A stretch of 64,000 bases of DNA from contig CM097885.1 in assembly GCA_044892525.1 (NCBI GenBank), positions 162,502,001-162,566,000 of the forward strand, given 5' to 3'. Positions 60,744 through 64,000 of the stretch are shown one piece after another (within the stretch, counting starts at the first letter, position 1; each line of letters starts with the position of its first letter). The DNA is from Schmidtea polychroa (Eukaryota). The translations under genes were made by a program, and so were the position numbers. The notes beneath the pieces were generated by a model. That model made no database searches. It was not told where the DNA came from and saw nothing but the letters and a program-made list of their open reading frames with translations.

Positions 60744-62985
60744 TTTCCTTGACTATTTAATACTGATTTATTTAATTTACTTGATGTGATTACCTTATTA
60801 ACATATTTTCTCCGGTTTACTTTACTTGGTTTGTTAACATATTTTTACAAGACTAATAATTAAATTAGAGTCGATTTTACCTTCAGTGTCATCAGTCTAA
60901 AGAACCAGGTTTTTTTAAGTGGCAAGCCTAAAGACTTATTATCCGCAGTCACAAACCCGCCGAGAAGGTTTGCAGAGGTTTCACCTGCTCTGTAGCTTTC
61001 TCCGACTTAGCACTATTCCAACATGGTTGCAACTATAACTGGTTAGTCGTTTTGAAATAGTGATGCGGCGACTTTCTGGAACTTGTACTCATCGCAACCT
61101 ATGATCATACCCTCACAGTCAATTTTCTTCTACATTCTCTTTGAACTTTCGCCGAGTAAGCGCCAACAATATCAATATTAGTATAATATTTGTATAAATA
61201 AATTGATATAATCGAACAATTGAATAAGTATTTATATTATTATTATAGTAATTTTATATTGTAACAATTATTCGATTGTTATTTAACACTGAATCATATA
61301 ACAGGGGAGGCCAACCTGTGGCTCGCGAGCCGCATGCGGCTCTTTGAAGATTTATTTGCGGCTCCTGATAAATTTATTTGATTAATTTTTTATTTTTCCA
61401 TTATATTTAAGAATTATTATCGTTGAGTATGTTGAAGAAGACTACGCAATGTGTAACAGCATTGACAATGATGAATTCATCATTACCATTCCAATTCCGA
61501 AGGATTTCAATATGACTACAACAAACAAAATGATCCCGACGAAGATCTACTGAGATTAATTATCAGGAACCAGACACAAACCTCACCAAAGCATTAAAAG
61601 TAAAAGAGAAACCATTCATCGTAGAAGACTATGTTGGTTTTGGCAGTTCAATATTAGAAAAAGTTAGAACAAACTTATTCTAAGCGACACTTTAACTTTC
61701 GGGACTCTTCCTTCTCCCATGGTCCCATGTATCTATTTTGATTTATATTGCGAATACCCATTTTAATTAAAACAAAATCTCCAATTCGAAATTCGCGATT
61801 TGTTAATAAATTGATTCTATTATCTATCGGTGTTTGTGAAAAAAATTCACTATAAATCTATAAAATATCAAAATGTTATCGAAACATTTCTAATGCGTTA
61901 AAGCGTATGTTTCCTTAGAATAGTTTAAATAGATGACAACGAATAGGGAATTGAGTCCATAGGAAAATGATGAAGGATAAGGTAAAATGAGGCACGGCAC
62001 CTTCTACGGCAGTCAATGAACACAGCGACTCTTCGGATTAATAGCAGTTCACTTTACAGAACTCACCTCTTGCTGACAGTCAACCACTAAATCGTAGTAC
62101 CAACGTCTCGTGCGACGGGCTTTTAATGACCAATTAAAACAGTTATGTGCGGTTACGGAGAGGAATACGAAAATAAGGAGAAAGACGACCAAATTACAGC
62201 GAGAAAGCGCAGTATCTTCCCTACATTTGATGGATACATCGAACCAGCACAATGGGAATTAAAGTTCAAAACAGATGGCACCAGAAGAACATATCAGAAG
62301 ACAGAGAAAGAGAACAGCAAATAAAGATGAAGAAATAGTCAACAATCAGATACAACAGCAGTGAAATTGACTGTGATCTGGATTCTCATAAAGGATATTT
62401 CTCGTTTGAAAAGTATTAACCATTCAATAAAGATCAATCAGGATATCAGAGTCCAGAAAATGAAACATAGGACTAATGAACTGAATCAGAACAGGATTTT
62501 ACGACGAAAGAACCGAATTTCGTTATTGACTAAAATAAAACAAACATCACTGAAAAAGATATATGCCATCATTTTTGGTAGACAAATTTGCGACGATGAT
62601 GTGTTAAACCTTGCATTAAAATAAAGATTAATAAACGACAATACGAATAAAATATATCCCAATAAAACTATTCCTCGCTGAAAAAGATAATGAGAACATT
62701 ACCTTGACGGCTCCCAAAGAAATTTTGGATAACAAGGGAAGATATATCGAAAATTTTCAGTTGGTTGGAAATTACCGAACAAGCCCAAACCAATGTAGGG
62801 CCAATATCTATGACAATAAAATATCCCAGTTCAACGTGGGTCCCAAAGCAATTCAGAAAGCAATCCAATACTCAACAAACACATATTCATTCATCTAATT
62901 ATTTACATTTAATCATTCTTGTGAGACAATTTGATTATCCTTCATACACATTATTTATCCACTTGTTTAATTGGAAAGTGTAGTC

Positions 62986-63394
62986 CAGGGGTACCCACTA
63001 ATTTTTCTAGGAGAGCTACATTCACATCCAAAATGTGTATGCGATCTACTTTTAAAAAAAAAAAAAGTACTCCTCCATTTCTTCGCAATAATGATAAGTC
63101 TTGGCTTTTTTATTTAGCATTTTTTTATTTAGCATTTTTAAACAAAATTAATTTAACAAAAAAGCTTAGGAAAATTTTTCACTTTGTTACACCAAAATTT
63201 TTTTATTTAGCATTTTTAAACAAAATTAATTTAACAAAAAAGCTTAAGAAAATTTTTCACTTTGTTACACAAAAATTTAAGCATAAAACAGAAATTTTAT
63301 ATAAAATCTAAATTTATATAAAAAATATTTTTTTTATGAAGATCTACTAAAAAATCCTTCGCGATCTACCGGTAGATCGCGATCGACCTTATGG
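62986..63394 (+). mobile_element. hAT MITE copy 2 (left TIR only)
   Basis: GTGTAGTC|CAGGGGTACCCA; lacks the last 9 bp of the right end. Confidence 0.9.
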
Positions 63395-64000
63395 TAAATG
63401 TGTAATTTCGTCATAGTGTAATTTCTTCTGTGTAATTTTGTGAAGGGTATCAATGCTAAAATGACCTTTAAATAATCTAACATGAGAAAGATGTTTTTAC
63501 AAACTTTGTTATTACTGTAACAGATTATTAATGTAAATATTATTGTTACAAGCAACAAAATTTTAGGGATAATTATACTTTGTTGAGAAAATTTTTGTTA
63601 CCTCGTCTCTGAATTGTTTGATATCGTCGGTGTCATATCCAGCTTTGTATGTGCCTTAAGTTCCAAGATTATACTTGTTCATTCGTATGACAGGATGTTT
63701 GGAATTTGTAGCTCTTAATACTTCACACGTGTTTAAATTTTCAATGACACAATAAAACCTTTTGCTTGATACCTAGGGTAAATGCTCCTAAGGGAAATCA
63801 CCCCAAGAGGAAACGAATCTGATTTAGCTTTTCAAAAAATTTCTCTACGTCTTCCCTTTTTCTAATTCCAACTTTTGTTTAAGAATTAGTCTGCCTACTT
63901 TTATAACCGATTTTGCAATTTGCCTATGTCTTTCGCGTCTACTATAAGGTTCTCTCTTATTCAATTAGCCTCAAATTAAATAATTTGCATAGGAGGAGCC
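63395..64000 (-). mobile_element. Heavily degenerate retroelement pol-like remnant
   Basis: Fragmentary RT-like peptides with many stops. Confidence 0.3.

Noticed and set aside
1-64000. tRNA, rRNA or snRNA genes
   Set aside because: None recognised; only PBS-length tRNA complements are present.

Overview
AT-rich eukaryotic (metazoan) genomic DNA with six N-gaps and minimal introns of about 39-55 nt; a planarian-type flatworm is a plausible source (inference). Two apparently intact host genes lie head-to-head: a 4-exon PRELID1-like gene (minus, 28065-38527, 190 aa) and a 4-coding-exon Otx homeobox gene (plus, 47775-58795, 489 aa). The rest is mostly layered transposon debris: several Ty3/gypsy LTR elements, a BEL/Pao remnant, a NeSL-type non-LTR element, hAT, pogo/Tigger and piggyBac remnants, and many MITEs with intact target-site duplications. 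Broken host-gene pieces (CSTF3, KLHL20 BTB, a second PRELI paralogue) sit among the LTR debris. Highlights: (1) a family of LTR-associated accessory ORFs (CxxC, coiled coil, TWF[ST], basic patch) in three clear diverged copies plus a weaker fourth, and an AT-hook ORF next to one copy; (2) a 10.2 kb pol-less LTR-bounded unit containing a genomic KLHL20 fragment; (3) an 'inside-out' TSD arrangement implying a circularly permuted 3.3 kb segment; (4) a one-ended LTR integration with a 27 bp duplication; (5) a dense TAATCC (K50 homeodomain site) cluster in the Otx 5' region. All homologies are from motif recognition by eye, not database searches.
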